From: Amoeboradix gromovi X-113
Taxonomy: Eukaryota > Fungi > Sanchytriomycota
Reading direction: 5' to 3'
Assembly: GCA_018985225.1 (NCBI GenBank)
Contig: JADGIF010000038.1
Span: forward strand, 1-29,903
Length of the DNA stretch: 29,903 nt
Numbering within the stretch: position 1 is the stretch's first letter; every line of letters begins with the position of its first letter. Shown here in pieces: positions 8,819 to 17,946 of this stretch. The translations under genes were made by a program, and so were the position numbers. The notes under the pieces are model-generated. The model was not told where the DNA came from. It did not search any database and saw only the letters and a program-made list of their open reading frames with translations.

Positions 8819-11149
8819 TTACCATAGTTGCTTCACTATATTACTTGATTTTGACAGTCCTGTAGCGTTTGGACATAAAACTGGATATATTGATTGATCA
8901 GTTAAACTCGGTTCGCCACAAACTATATTGTTAAAGCTTGGGCTACAATAGTCTCTTATTAAGTACCCGTTTAAGCCGTCGTATTCTCTTACAAACGATT
9001 TGAAGCTGTATTTTTCCGAAGACGACTGCGATTTTCTGCATTTCCACACTTCGGTTTTGTAGTTTGTGCCATTTATTCCTCTATCTGGCATACAGCAACA
9101 ATTACTGGTAAACTGATTCCACGATGTATAAACTCCGAATGGAAATGTATCAACGGTTCTTTCTGCACCAGGAATGTCTATAATTGAGTTGTCACTGTTG
9201 CTATTGTAAGTCACATCAAATACAGCCAAACAAAGACCAATGAACGTCGTGATTCCCATGACGAGAAAGAAATTGACAAGAATTTTCAACAATTTCTTGT
9301 CCAGTGTAACGTCTAATGTTTGCAATACAATTTTATCTACTGCAACAAACTCAGTGTTTGGCTCATCTCTGAATTCTCTAGGGTGTCTTTTATCCTCCTC
9401 GCCTTTCAATTTTAACAATTGAGTTTTTTCTTCCCGCTGCGTTAATATCTAAATTACCATTGCATTAAACATTTTTATTTTGTTTCTATTTTGAAGTAGG
9501 ACTCCTGCAATTACGAACAGTACAGGAAGAGCAATATTCAAAAATCCAACGATATAGATTGTAAGCTCCGATACGTATATACCAAGAGCAAGGCAAATGG
9601 TTATTACGCCATTAACTGTGTTTACTCCAACGCAGCTCAAACAGAGAAAATCTTCAGTTCTGCTAAAAAACGGACGACTGTAAGCATTTATTACTAGAGC
9701 TACTCCATGAATACAGGTTATGCCAAAAGTGATCCCGACTGATGTCTTATCTGTGCTGGCAAATACAAATGTTATTACAACAAGTAGTCTATGCATAATC
9801 ATAAATAGTTTGTAGTACCTAAACCTTCTTTCGAAAGCACTATACAATGATTTACAGCTGTTTTTTGAAGCTTTTGCCTGAATCATCCATTGGTCTTCGA
9901 CGTCAGAAACAAAAGTTGGAATCTCTTTTACAAACTTCGTACTGACTGTTATGAGTTTATAGTAAAGATATGGGATACCAAAAGTAACTGAAATCACACA
10001 TATAAAGATACCTGGGAAATAGAACGGATAAATCTCATCTACGCACGATATTGTTAAATCTTTAGAGAGTCGGCTGTCAGTAACTGAAGGGCATAGGCTC
10101 GCCTGCAGATCAATTGGGCACTCTTTGTTAAAAGGACAGTTCACGCAGACATCTTTTATTGCCACGTCATCTCGAAACTGGAACCAAATCGAATTGACAT
10201 TATCGGCAGTCGTAGACATTTTAGTTACCAATTCTTTTCCTGGTGCGCACTCTACCGGTTCACACAGAGTCATGCTGAACAGCGATGTAGTTGTCGGTAT
10301 ATATAGCAAACCTAACACAATTAGTGTAATCTTCACAAAATCCTTTTTGATCACATTATTGACTTTGGTATTAAACTCTATCCCAAGTTTTGTTTGATTG
10401 CTTATCCAATTGTAAAAGAATATAATGCCAAGAATAAATAAAATTAATCCGAAAATTTCAGGAATTTGTCGTATGTCTGCTATCAAAGAACTATAAGAAT
10501 AAAAATAGGTTTCTACAAATGAGAAAGTAAAAATATTAGCACTGACACCACCAACATATAAAAGAGAGAATGCGATTATTGAATTTCGTGATTGGATGGC
10601 AAATGTTTTTGAAATTCCGTATTTTTTACTTTTCAACCATTTAAGGTTAAATTCAGAGACATCATCTTCATCCATCTCCCCTTCAGGTGCAACTCTTAGT
10701 CTCTCTCTACGATTGTTATCCGCTCTCCATTTCTCAAACGCATACATTAGTATAAGTACAGTGCATGCTACGCCGCCTATCTGAATTAAAGTGAGTCCTG
10801 TTCCTTTGTTATCCTTGTTTTGTTTCTTTGGAAGCACATAAAAAAGAGTTCCAATGGTCATCAAAGCTGCAGAGCATAATAGGCTAAAATACCATAGTAC
10901 GGCTTTTATAGGTTTGAATGATAGTAACAACATATTAGTAATAATTAATGGTAGAAAGTATGCAAGAATTATGAACTGCATTCTAACATCTACACGAGGA
11001 ACCTGGGGAATATGTATGTTTAAATTTAGATTTAAAAAGGCGAGATATTTTATAATCCTCCAATCTGGCCAGATATTTTGAATACTTGCTAATATACCCA
11101 CAAACTGTAGATTCATGGATACGATTTCAAAAATATTAGTTAAGCCCAT
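8819..11149 (-). CDS. Multi-pass membrane protein with Cys-rich loop and TRP-like C-terminal TM block; two exons (11149-9458, 9436-8819)
   Basis: ORFs 9449-11149 and 8819-9418 are in the same frame and are joined by removing a 21-nt GT-AG intron. Many hydrophobic segments. SLYSAFERRFRYYKLFMIMHRLL and YSRPF resemble the fungal/protist TRP-like TM family. Confidence 0.65.
9437..9457 (-). other. 21-nt spliceosomal intron
   Basis: GTAATTTAGATATTAACGCAG, phase 0, contains the in-frame TAG. Splicing gives ...FNAM|REEKTQLLKL... Confidence 0.78.
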
Positions 11150-11268
11150 ATGATATGTTTTTGGCCTTGGATAAAAAGCTTCAAGCTTTTAGCTTAGTGA
11201 TTAACTACTGGCATAATATTTTTAGATAATAACCTTCAAGGTCAAAGCATTTTATTTTTTAAACAAGG

Positions 11269-11667
11269 ATGTCGATGCCTAGAAACTTTCGTTTGTTAGA
11301 GGAACTGGAAAAAGGTGAAAAGGGTAACAATTCTCAGGTATCTTATGGATTAGAATCCTCTGACGACATAACGTTAACTAAATGGCACGCAACAATTATT
11401 GGAGCTCCGCATACCATATTTGAAAACAGAATTTACAATTTATCAATTTTTTGTGGGCCCAAATATCCGGAGGAATCTCCTACAATCAGATTTTTGTCCA
11501 AGATCAACATAAACTCTGTAGATGATAAAGGATTTGTAAAACACAAAACTCTGCAAAATTGGAAAAGGGAATACACCATGGAAAAAGTGTTACTTGATAT
11601 TCGCTCCGATATGTCTGACTCAAAAAACAAGAAGGCCAGCCAGCCAGAAGAAGGGTCAATGTATTGA
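11269..11667 (+). CDS. MMS2: Ubiquitin-conjugating enzyme variant Mms2/UEV1
   Basis: PRNFRLLEELEKGEKG, FENRIYNLSIFCGPKYP and QPEEGSMY; lacks the catalytic Cys, as expected for a UEV. Confidence 0.95.
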   Translation: MSMPRNFRLLEELEKGEKGNNSQVSYGLESSDDITLTKWHATIIGAPHTIFENRIYNLSIFCGPKYPEESPTIRFLSKININSVDDKGFVKHKTLQNWKREYTMEKVLLDIRSDMSDSKNKKASQPEEGSMY

Positions 11668-11789
11668 ATAAATAGTTTGTCACAAAACTCTTCCAGATCA
11701 ATGGAAAACCCCGCCATGCGTTAGTTAAGTTTATAACTGTAAGTACTAAAGTTCTTGGTGCATATTTGTTTCCCGATTTTAAAACAAAT

Positions 11790-12229
11790 GGGACATCAAA
11801 TATAAAAACTGGACTAACTTTCTGTAACAACTTGGAACATTATTTAAGAGGCGAGTGGACATTTAGCTAGTTGCGGAGTTGACGAGTATAAAAGGAAAAT
11901 AAATATTCTGTACAGCTATTCTCTTACTCTTTCAAATAAAATATCACTATTACACTTCAAAGAAATAGATAAGAGTAATGATGTTAGTATAACATTACAA
12001 AATGACTCTAGAAAAGAGTACCGTCTAAGAAAATGCACCTTTTGCTTAGATGCTCAAAGACCTCATATATTTGAAAGAGATGCAGGGTCTTCTACTTTTA
12101 TTATGAAGAGGGGATTGAAAGTAGTGAAAGAAAATTGGTATAATAGAAGATCTTTTATTAATGATAGCATTTCCTCCGTATGGAGTACCTTCTTTAAAAA
12201 CGAGTTAGTCTAGTTTTTATATTTGGTGT
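11790..12229 (+). mobile_element. TIR element copy 2 (Fanzor/TnpB-derived); right TIR lacks the terminal CCC
   Basis: Left TIR GGGACATCAAATATAAAAACTGGACTAACT. An open frame at 11848-12213 with no upstream start codon reads ...GVDEYK...YRLRKCTFCLDAQRPHIFERDAGSSTFIMKRG...KNELV*, and its stop lies inside the right TIR. Confidence 0.9.
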
Positions 12230-12352
12230 AACATCTGTAAGACTTTCACATATAGCTTGGTATTTCCATCATTTCTTTAGAGGAGGTCCTTATTTATTAG
12301 AGTCTTATCCAAAAGCAAAAAAGTGGTTTTTGGGTCAAAAGCAGTAGTCGGA

Positions 12353-12673
12353 GAACGATATGTCGTTCCCATGATGTACCATTAAACCCTTTCTTAGTAT
12401 GAAAATGCATTGGCAGCATCTCTTTCAAAATAGCTGGGCTGGCTAGCACTTGGGCATATGTTGGAATATCTCAACCGATAACCGTTTTCATATTCTGTCT
12501 TAAAGTTTGTAATGTTATTTCTAGTTCTTCATTGTCAACTTTCTTGCTCTTTTTGTATGTTTTGTTCTTTTGTTTTTTCTGTTGGACATGATAAATTAAT
12601 GATAATGAGTAATCTAATGTGGTTTCTAGGTATTCCTACTGCTTAGAAATCAGGACATTTGTCAGAATGGATC
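12353..12673 (-). pseudogene. Degenerate Fanzor/TnpB-like relic (third family), paralogous to 22179-22515
   Basis: Two DNA blocks align with 22180-22238 and 22355-22515. Translation includes KTEYENGYRLRYSNICPSASQPSYFERDAANAFSY. Confidence 0.65.
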
Positions 12674-12674
12674 T

Positions 12675-12816
12675 CATATACTTGAAATGTATGGATCCTT
12701 ATTTTCTCCCAGCTCAGATTAGTGAAAATGTAGGATATCACTGCAATGAATCAATTGGTCTTGTTCGTTTCTCTGTAGAAATTCTTGATTTTCTAAAAAA
12801 CAGGACTTTTAAGAGG
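12675..12816 (+). mobile_element. IS607/Fanzor2-type right end only (putative omega-RNA region), copy B, more diverged
   Basis: Aligns with ~731-859 and the reverse complement of 14578-14720. IYLKCMDPYFLPAQISENVGYHCN aligns with IYIKYLHPYSIPPQGSESVSNHCN. Keeps the TAGTGA/TCACTG stem and the GTTTCTCTG...CTTTT...AGG end. Confidence 0.7.
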
Positions 12817-12840
12817 GACTCCTCATAAAACAAAATCAGA

Positions 12841-14490
12841 ATGAGAGACGATCATGTCGCTTACATTGTTCCCAAGTATCTGAAATCCAATGATAAACCA
12901 TACGATGATGGTATGGAGCTGGAAATAGATTGTAGAGTCAATAAATGTCCAAATGGTGTTCCTAATTTATGTGGAAAATTGGCTAAAAATGAGATCTGCG
13001 ACAATAAAATTTGCCGATATTCTCATGATATTGATGACTTTATCATTAAAAAGCCAGATGTTTTACCTTATGAGTGTCCAAGTGGCACAGATTGTATTTT
13101 TGGTATAAAGTGTTTATTATCTCATGAGAACAATGTAAAACGATCTGAACCATTATCCAACCTGCTGCCTTATCAGGTACAATGCAAACTAAGAAAGCGA
13201 AAATATGAATTCCACCTAGCCAAAAATTATATCCAGCAGGCTAAACTCGATAAAGTAACTCAAGAAAATGAGATGATGAATATGAGCACTGAAGATATGA
13301 GTAATGGTGACGCACCGTATATTAAGCCCACAAATAGGGAGGAACTGGCGTATAAAAGAAGGCGTAGAAATGATTTATTCAAAAGTGACAATACTTATCT
13401 TGCTCCTCTAACAACTCACGGTCATGTAGCATTTAGAAGACTCACGAAGCATTTTGGTGCTGATATCACTTGTGGTGAGATGGCATTGAGCACTTCCATA
13501 CTTCAAGGTGTAAATTCTTATTGGCTGACATTTAAACGCCATGTTAGCGAAGTTAACTTTGGAGTGCAGATAGCCGCAAAGCATGTTGATGTTCTCGCAA
13601 AGACCTGTGAGGTCATCAAAAATCATACCAACGTTGACTTTGTTGATTTAAACTTATGCTGCCCGATTGAAAGTCAGTATGAACGGGGTATTGGTGCTAG
13701 TCTGCTTCCGAGGCTCAGCCAAGTCGAAGAACTTGCTAAAGCAATGAGCAATATACTCCGTTACCAGAAACCATCTCACTTGAGTATGGACAACAGCATA
13801 AGAGATCCAGAGGAGCATATGCCATTGCTCACTGTGAAGATGAGAACTGGTGTTAAGGACGGCAAGAACGTAGCTCATAATCTGATTCCTGTGTTTGAAA
13901 AACATCATTTCGACATGGCTAGCGTCCATGGAAGAAGTAGAGAGCAACGTTACTCTAAGTTAGCGGACTGGGACTACTTGAATAGATGTGCTTCTAAGTG
14001 TGATGAAATGGCATTCTTTGGTAATGGGGATGTTACAGATTACGAAGGATACTACAGACAAATGGAATCAGAGCATATTAATGGAATTTTAATCGGTAGA
14101 GGTGCTTTAATAAAACCCTGGATATTTGAGGAAATCAAAGAGCGCAGGCACATAGACAAGTCCTCAACTGAAAGGATGAGCATAATTAAACTGTTCATGG
14201 AGTACGGTATGGAGCAATTTGGAACCGATTTGATGGGTGTAAGAAAGACCAGAAGGTTTTTCTTAGAATGGTGGTCATTCGCGCATCGTTATGTACCATA
14301 TACAATTTTAGAACACGCTCCGCATTTGATAAACCATAGACCCCAGTCTTGGTGGGGCAGAAATGAACTGGAGACATGGCTGGGATCCGATAATCCTTCA
14401 GATTGGATACGATTATCAGAAATATTTCTCGGACCTTGTGAATCTGACTTTACATTTAAACCCAAGCATAAATCTGTATCTTACAAGTAA
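12841..14490 (+). CDS. DUS3: tRNA-dihydrouridine(47) synthase Dus3
   Basis: N-terminal Cys/His zinc-finger region, YLAPLTTHGHVAFRRL, FVDLNLCCPI, HGRSREQRYSKLADWDY, GRGALIKPWIFEEI and C-terminal FTFKPKHKS. Confidence 0.96.
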   Translation: MRDDHVAYIVPKYLKSNDKPYDDGMELEIDCRVNKCPNGVPNLCGKLAKNEICDNKICRYSHDIDDFIIKKPDVLPYECPSGTDCIFGIKCLLSHENNVKRSEPLSNLLPYQVQCKLRKRKYEFHLAKNYIQQAKLDKVTQENEMMNMSTEDMSNGDAPYIKPTNREELAYKRRRRNDLFKSDNTYLAPLTTHGHVAFRRLTKHFGADITCGEMALSTSILQGVNSYWLTFKRHVSEVNFGVQIAAKHVDVLAKTCEVIKNHTNVDFVDLNLCCPIESQYERGIGASLLPRLSQVEELAKAMSNILRYQKPSHLSMDNSIRDPEEHMPLLTVKMRTGVKDGKNVAHNLIPVFEKHHFDMASVHGRSREQRYSKLADWDYLNRCASKCDEMAFFGNGDVTDYEGYYRQMESEHINGILIGRGALIKPWIFEEIKERRHIDKSSTERMSIIKLFMEYGMEQFGTDLMGVRKTRRFFLEWWSFAHRYVPYTILEHAPHLINHRPQSWWGRNELETWLGSDNPSDWIRLSEIFLGPCESDFTFKPKHKSVSYK

Positions 14491-14512
14491 TTCATCAAAG
14501 TGAAGATGCTGA

Positions 14513-14824
14513 TCAGAGTTGCCAATAAATAGTTTTTGTAAGATTAAAAATTATAAATTTACTTAATACTATAGTCTCCTCGTTAAAAGGCCTGATTTCC
14601 GAGAAAATCGAGAATTTCCACAGAGAAACTAGCAATGTTAGATCTCCGTTACAGTGATTGCTCACGCTTTCACTACCCTGAGGCGGGATTGAATAAGGAT
14701 GTAGATACTTGATGTATATGTTCGTTGCTGCCATATGGTCTCTATCTATCTTCAAATGACAATTTGTACAGGTGCAAGTTTCTAAGTTAGTTTTCTTTAG
14801 AGTGCCACATATTGTACATGGCAT
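14513..14824 (-). pseudogene. TnpB/Fanzor C-terminal fragment ORF (zinc ribbon + RuvC-III)
   Basis: CTIC...CTNC...DRDHMAATNI matches the TnpB/Fanzor CxxC-CxxC-(D)RDxxAAxNI signature. RuvC-I and RuvC-II are absent, and the frame runs through the right end into flanking DNA. Confidence 0.85.
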
Positions 14825-15012
14825 CGAATTTCCATGCTTGCACCAGCTTATCAGTCTGAGACGAATGTATGCTCTGCCTGCTAGTTATTTCTTTAGCTCT
14901 GATTTACCACTTGTGAAAAGGAAAAATATCCAGTGTTTAAGGTATTAGGAAAATCTGGAAAAGTCTTGAAATTATACAAATATGCATACAAATTCGCGAT
15001 TAATGATTTATT
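14578..15012 (-). mobile_element. IS607/Fanzor2-type internally deleted element, copy C
   Basis: A TnpA HTH remnant (AKEITSRQSIHSS../LISWCKHG) is fused by deletion to SMPCTICGTLKKTNLETCTCTNCHLKIDRDHMAATNIYI (zinc ribbon plus RuvC-III). Both ends are homologous to 407-859. Confidence 0.82.
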
Positions 15013-15326
15013 CAAGAAAACAATCGAGCTGCATAAATAGGAATTTACTGAACTATGTAATTAATTCATTCTTTGGCAAGATGCTTGACATGATGAACTG
15101 CCTTAGATTTGTACAAAATTAGACAGCAATTTAATGAATACTTTGATTTCCATGCTATTTAATGTTGCGTATAGAGAAAAGCCATCATCCCATGTAAAAA
15201 TAAGCTTAGTTGGTATCTACCCAGGTTTTCCACACCTGATAAATGTGACCTCCGATTTATTTTGGATATTCGCATTTAACTTAGGCGATCTACCATATAT
15301 AAAATTAAGTATATCCCCAGGATAAT

Positions 15327-17885
15327 ATGAAACTATTCAAAACTCATTTTTTTTCATCAAATCAAGATGCTACAATTGCATTTTATGGTAGGCTGAACTA
15401 TCAAGTACTCAAGTTGAATCCTTTAATGCTCAGGAATGGGGATCATGTAATAGAATTTAGTAGTAGATATCCAGGAATGTGCACTATACAAGGAGATGGA
15501 GAAGTATTGATGGATATGGATGAAAACATAATTAAATATGACAATTCAACGATTTTAAAGGATACAGCAAATGAAATTAAGGATGAGCCTAGCCAAACTA
15601 CTCCAAGACTTTCTAGACCAATTAGTGAAGTACAGAAGAAGATTGCAATACTAACAAGCGGTGGGGATAGTTGTGGTATGAACGCCAGTGTTCGTGCTGT
15701 AGTACGCAGTGCCTACAATATGAATATGATCCCGTATGCCATTTATGATGGTTATCAAGGCATGGTGGAAGGCAATATAAAACAACTGAATTGGACTGAT
15801 GTTCAAGGATGGTTGTCTCTGGGAGGTACAAATATAGGCACTGCTAGGTGTGCTGCATTTCGTGAATATCCTGGTAGACTTGAAGCTGCTTTTCATTTAA
15901 TAAACAATGGCATTGACGCGTTGGTTGTTAATGGTGGAGATGGTTCGTTGACAGGTGCAGACATATTAAGAAACGAATGGTCTCAGATTGTATCTGATTT
16001 GTTGAAATCGAACAGAATAAGTCCGCAGGCAGCTAATAAATATGCAACGTTAAAAATTGTGGGATTAGTGGGTAGTATAGACAATGACATGTGTTTGACT
16101 GACTACACGATTGGTTGCATCAGCGCGTTGCATCGTATCATTGAAAGTATCGATGCAATTCAAACTACAGCAATTAGTCATAAAAGGGCATTTGTTATCG
16201 AGGTCATGGGAAGACATTGTGGATGGTTGGCTTTAATGACGGCCATAGCTGTAAATGCAGACTGGCTATTCATTCCGGAACATCCGGTTTTATATAAATC
16301 TTGGGATGATGCCATGTTTGAGCATTTATCCATCTTAAAAGAAATGAATCAACGCAAACTTATAATCATACTGAGCGAGGGTGCAATTGATAAGGATCTA
16401 AATCCAATTAAAAGCAGTGATGTCCAGCAAGTCATTAGAGATCGTTTATTTTATGATTGCAGGGTGACTGTGCTAGGACATGTGCAGCGTGGTGGTGTTC
16501 CGTGTTTCTTTGACAGATGCTTAGCTACTATCCAAGGCGTGAAAGCTGTTGAAACCATTTTAAATAACACTTATACATCACCACTAATTGGAATCAAGAA
16601 TAACGAGATTACAGTTGAAGATTTAGTGGAGGCAGTTGCTACGACAAAAAAGGTGTCTCATTTTATAGAAATAAAAGACTTTAAGAATGCTATGGATCTC
16701 AGAGATCCTCAGTTTGTGCCCACATTGAAATCGTATTTTAAGTTGAGTGCACCTCGTATAATTAGTGAAGATAAAAAGAATGCTGGCATTAGAATAGGAG
16801 TAATGCATGTTGGTGCTCCTTGTGGTGGTATGAATATGGCTGCAGCTGTTCTATGCAAATACTCGCTGAATAGAGGACATACACCCATAGGGATATTTAA
16901 TGGTTTTCAGGGATTGATGCAAGGAAATTGCAAAGAGTTGGTTTGGACGGATGTCGCAAAGTGGACTATAACTGGTGGTAGCGCCTTGGGAACCAATAGA
17001 TTTATTCCGAAAACTGAAAGCGATTTAGGACTGCTAAGTTATCAACTGCAAAAACACGACATCAATGCATTGCTTATCATAGGTGGCTTTGAAGCATTTA
17101 GTGCTTCTGAGTTGATATTAAAACATCGCAATAATTATCCTTCATTTAACATTCCAATCTCCATTCTGCCTGCAACTGTGAGCAACAACGTGCCCGGTAC
17201 CGATTATTCACTAGGATGCGATACCGCCCTGAATGTGATTGTTGAGTCCTGTGATAGAATAAAACAAAGTGCATCAGCAAGTAGTAAAAGAGTGTTTATT
17301 GTAGAAGTGCAAGGTGGAAATGTTGGATTTTTAGCTACAATGGGAGCACTTGCAGGTGGAGCAACTACATCGTACATTAAAGAAGAAGGGATCAACTTGG
17401 AGATGATTCAAAAAGACATAAAGCATTTGCAGAGATTGTACACAAATGACTTGTTGAATGAAGGCAGAGTCATATTGAGGAACGAAAATGTGAGTGACAC
17501 TTATTCAACAGAAACACTGAGCAATATCATAAGAGAGGAAGCCAATGGACTATTTGATAGCAGAACTGCAATATTAGGACATTTGCAACAAGGAGGGTTG
17601 CCAAGTCCAATGGACCGAATTCGTAGTGCACAATTGGCTACTTTGACAGTCGAATGGTTTGAAATGCACGCTACTAGGAGTACTGTTGATTGGATGCCAA
17701 AAATATACAACAACGATATGAATACGATAGCAGTAATTGGAGGCAGAGGCGATAAGAATGTATTCACACCAGTTCACGAACTATTGGCGAGTGTTGATAT
17801 GAAATCAAGAAAGAGCGAGCATAGCTGGTGGATGAAATATAGACCCCTGATTAAGGAACTGAGTAAGTACGAATATTTTGAATAA
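15327..17885 (+). CDS. PFK: ATP-dependent 6-phosphofructokinase, eukaryotic tandem type with fungal-like N-terminal extension
   Basis: IAILTSGGDSCGMNA, GGDGSLTGA, GLVGSIDND, EVMGRHCGWL and LGHVQRGG in the N-half; PATVSNNVPGTDYSLGCDT and LGHLQQGG in the C-half. Confidence 0.97.
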   Translation: MKLFKTHFFSSNQDATIAFYGRLNYQVLKLNPLMLRNGDHVIEFSSRYPGMCTIQGDGEVLMDMDENIIKYDNSTILKDTANEIKDEPSQTTPRLSRPISEVQKKIAILTSGGDSCGMNASVRAVVRSAYNMNMIPYAIYDGYQGMVEGNIKQLNWTDVQGWLSLGGTNIGTARCAAFREYPGRLEAAFHLINNGIDALVVNGGDGSLTGADILRNEWSQIVSDLLKSNRISPQAANKYATLKIVGLVGSIDNDMCLTDYTIGCISALHRIIESIDAIQTTAISHKRAFVIEVMGRHCGWLALMTAIAVNADWLFIPEHPVLYKSWDDAMFEHLSILKEMNQRKLIIILSEGAIDKDLNPIKSSDVQQVIRDRLFYDCRVTVLGHVQRGGVPCFFDRCLATIQGVKAVETILNNTYTSPLIGIKNNEITVEDLVEAVATTKKVSHFIEIKDFKNAMDLRDPQFVPTLKSYFKLSAPRIISEDKKNAGIRIGVMHVGAPCGGMNMAAAVLCKYSLNRGHTPIGIFNGFQGLMQGNCKELVWTDVAKWTITGGSALGTNRFIPKTESDLGLLSYQLQKHDINALLIIGGFEAFSASELILKHRNNYPSFNIPISILPATVSNNVPGTDYSLGCDTALNVIVESCDRIKQSASASSKRVFIVEVQGGNVGFLATMGALAGGATTSYIKEEGINLEMIQKDIKHLQRLYTNDLLNEGRVILRNENVSDTYSTETLSNIIREEANGLFDSRTAILGHLQQGGLPSPMDRIRSAQLATLTVEWFEMHATRSTVDWMPKIYNNDMNTIAVIGGRGDKNVFTPVHELLASVDMKSRKSEHSWWMKYRPLIKELSKYEYFE

Positions 17886-17946
17886 AATATCGGTAGCATA
17901 GTAATAAATAAGACTTGAATAAAGAATTAAGATATTGGGGCTCCTG

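Noticed and set aside
9449-9451. Stop-codon reassignment (TAR=Gln, as in some aphelids and ciliates) to explain this in-frame TAG and the TAA at 28537-28539
   Set aside because: Long conserved genes have no internal TAA/TAG and end at them normally. The TAG sits in a GT-AG micro-intron, and the TAA replaces a Tyr in a fragment.
12619-12828. 69-aa ORF as a gene
   Set aside because: It is a chimera of the antisense strand of one relic and the right end of another.
14513-14824. Functional mini-Fanzor protein
   Set aside because: RuvC-I, RuvC-II and the WED/REC regions are missing; the ORF results from an internal deletion.
15134-15325. Upstream exon of PFK
   Set aside because: PFK has a plausible N-terminus from ATG 15327, and no micro-intron matching the consensus links the two ORFs.
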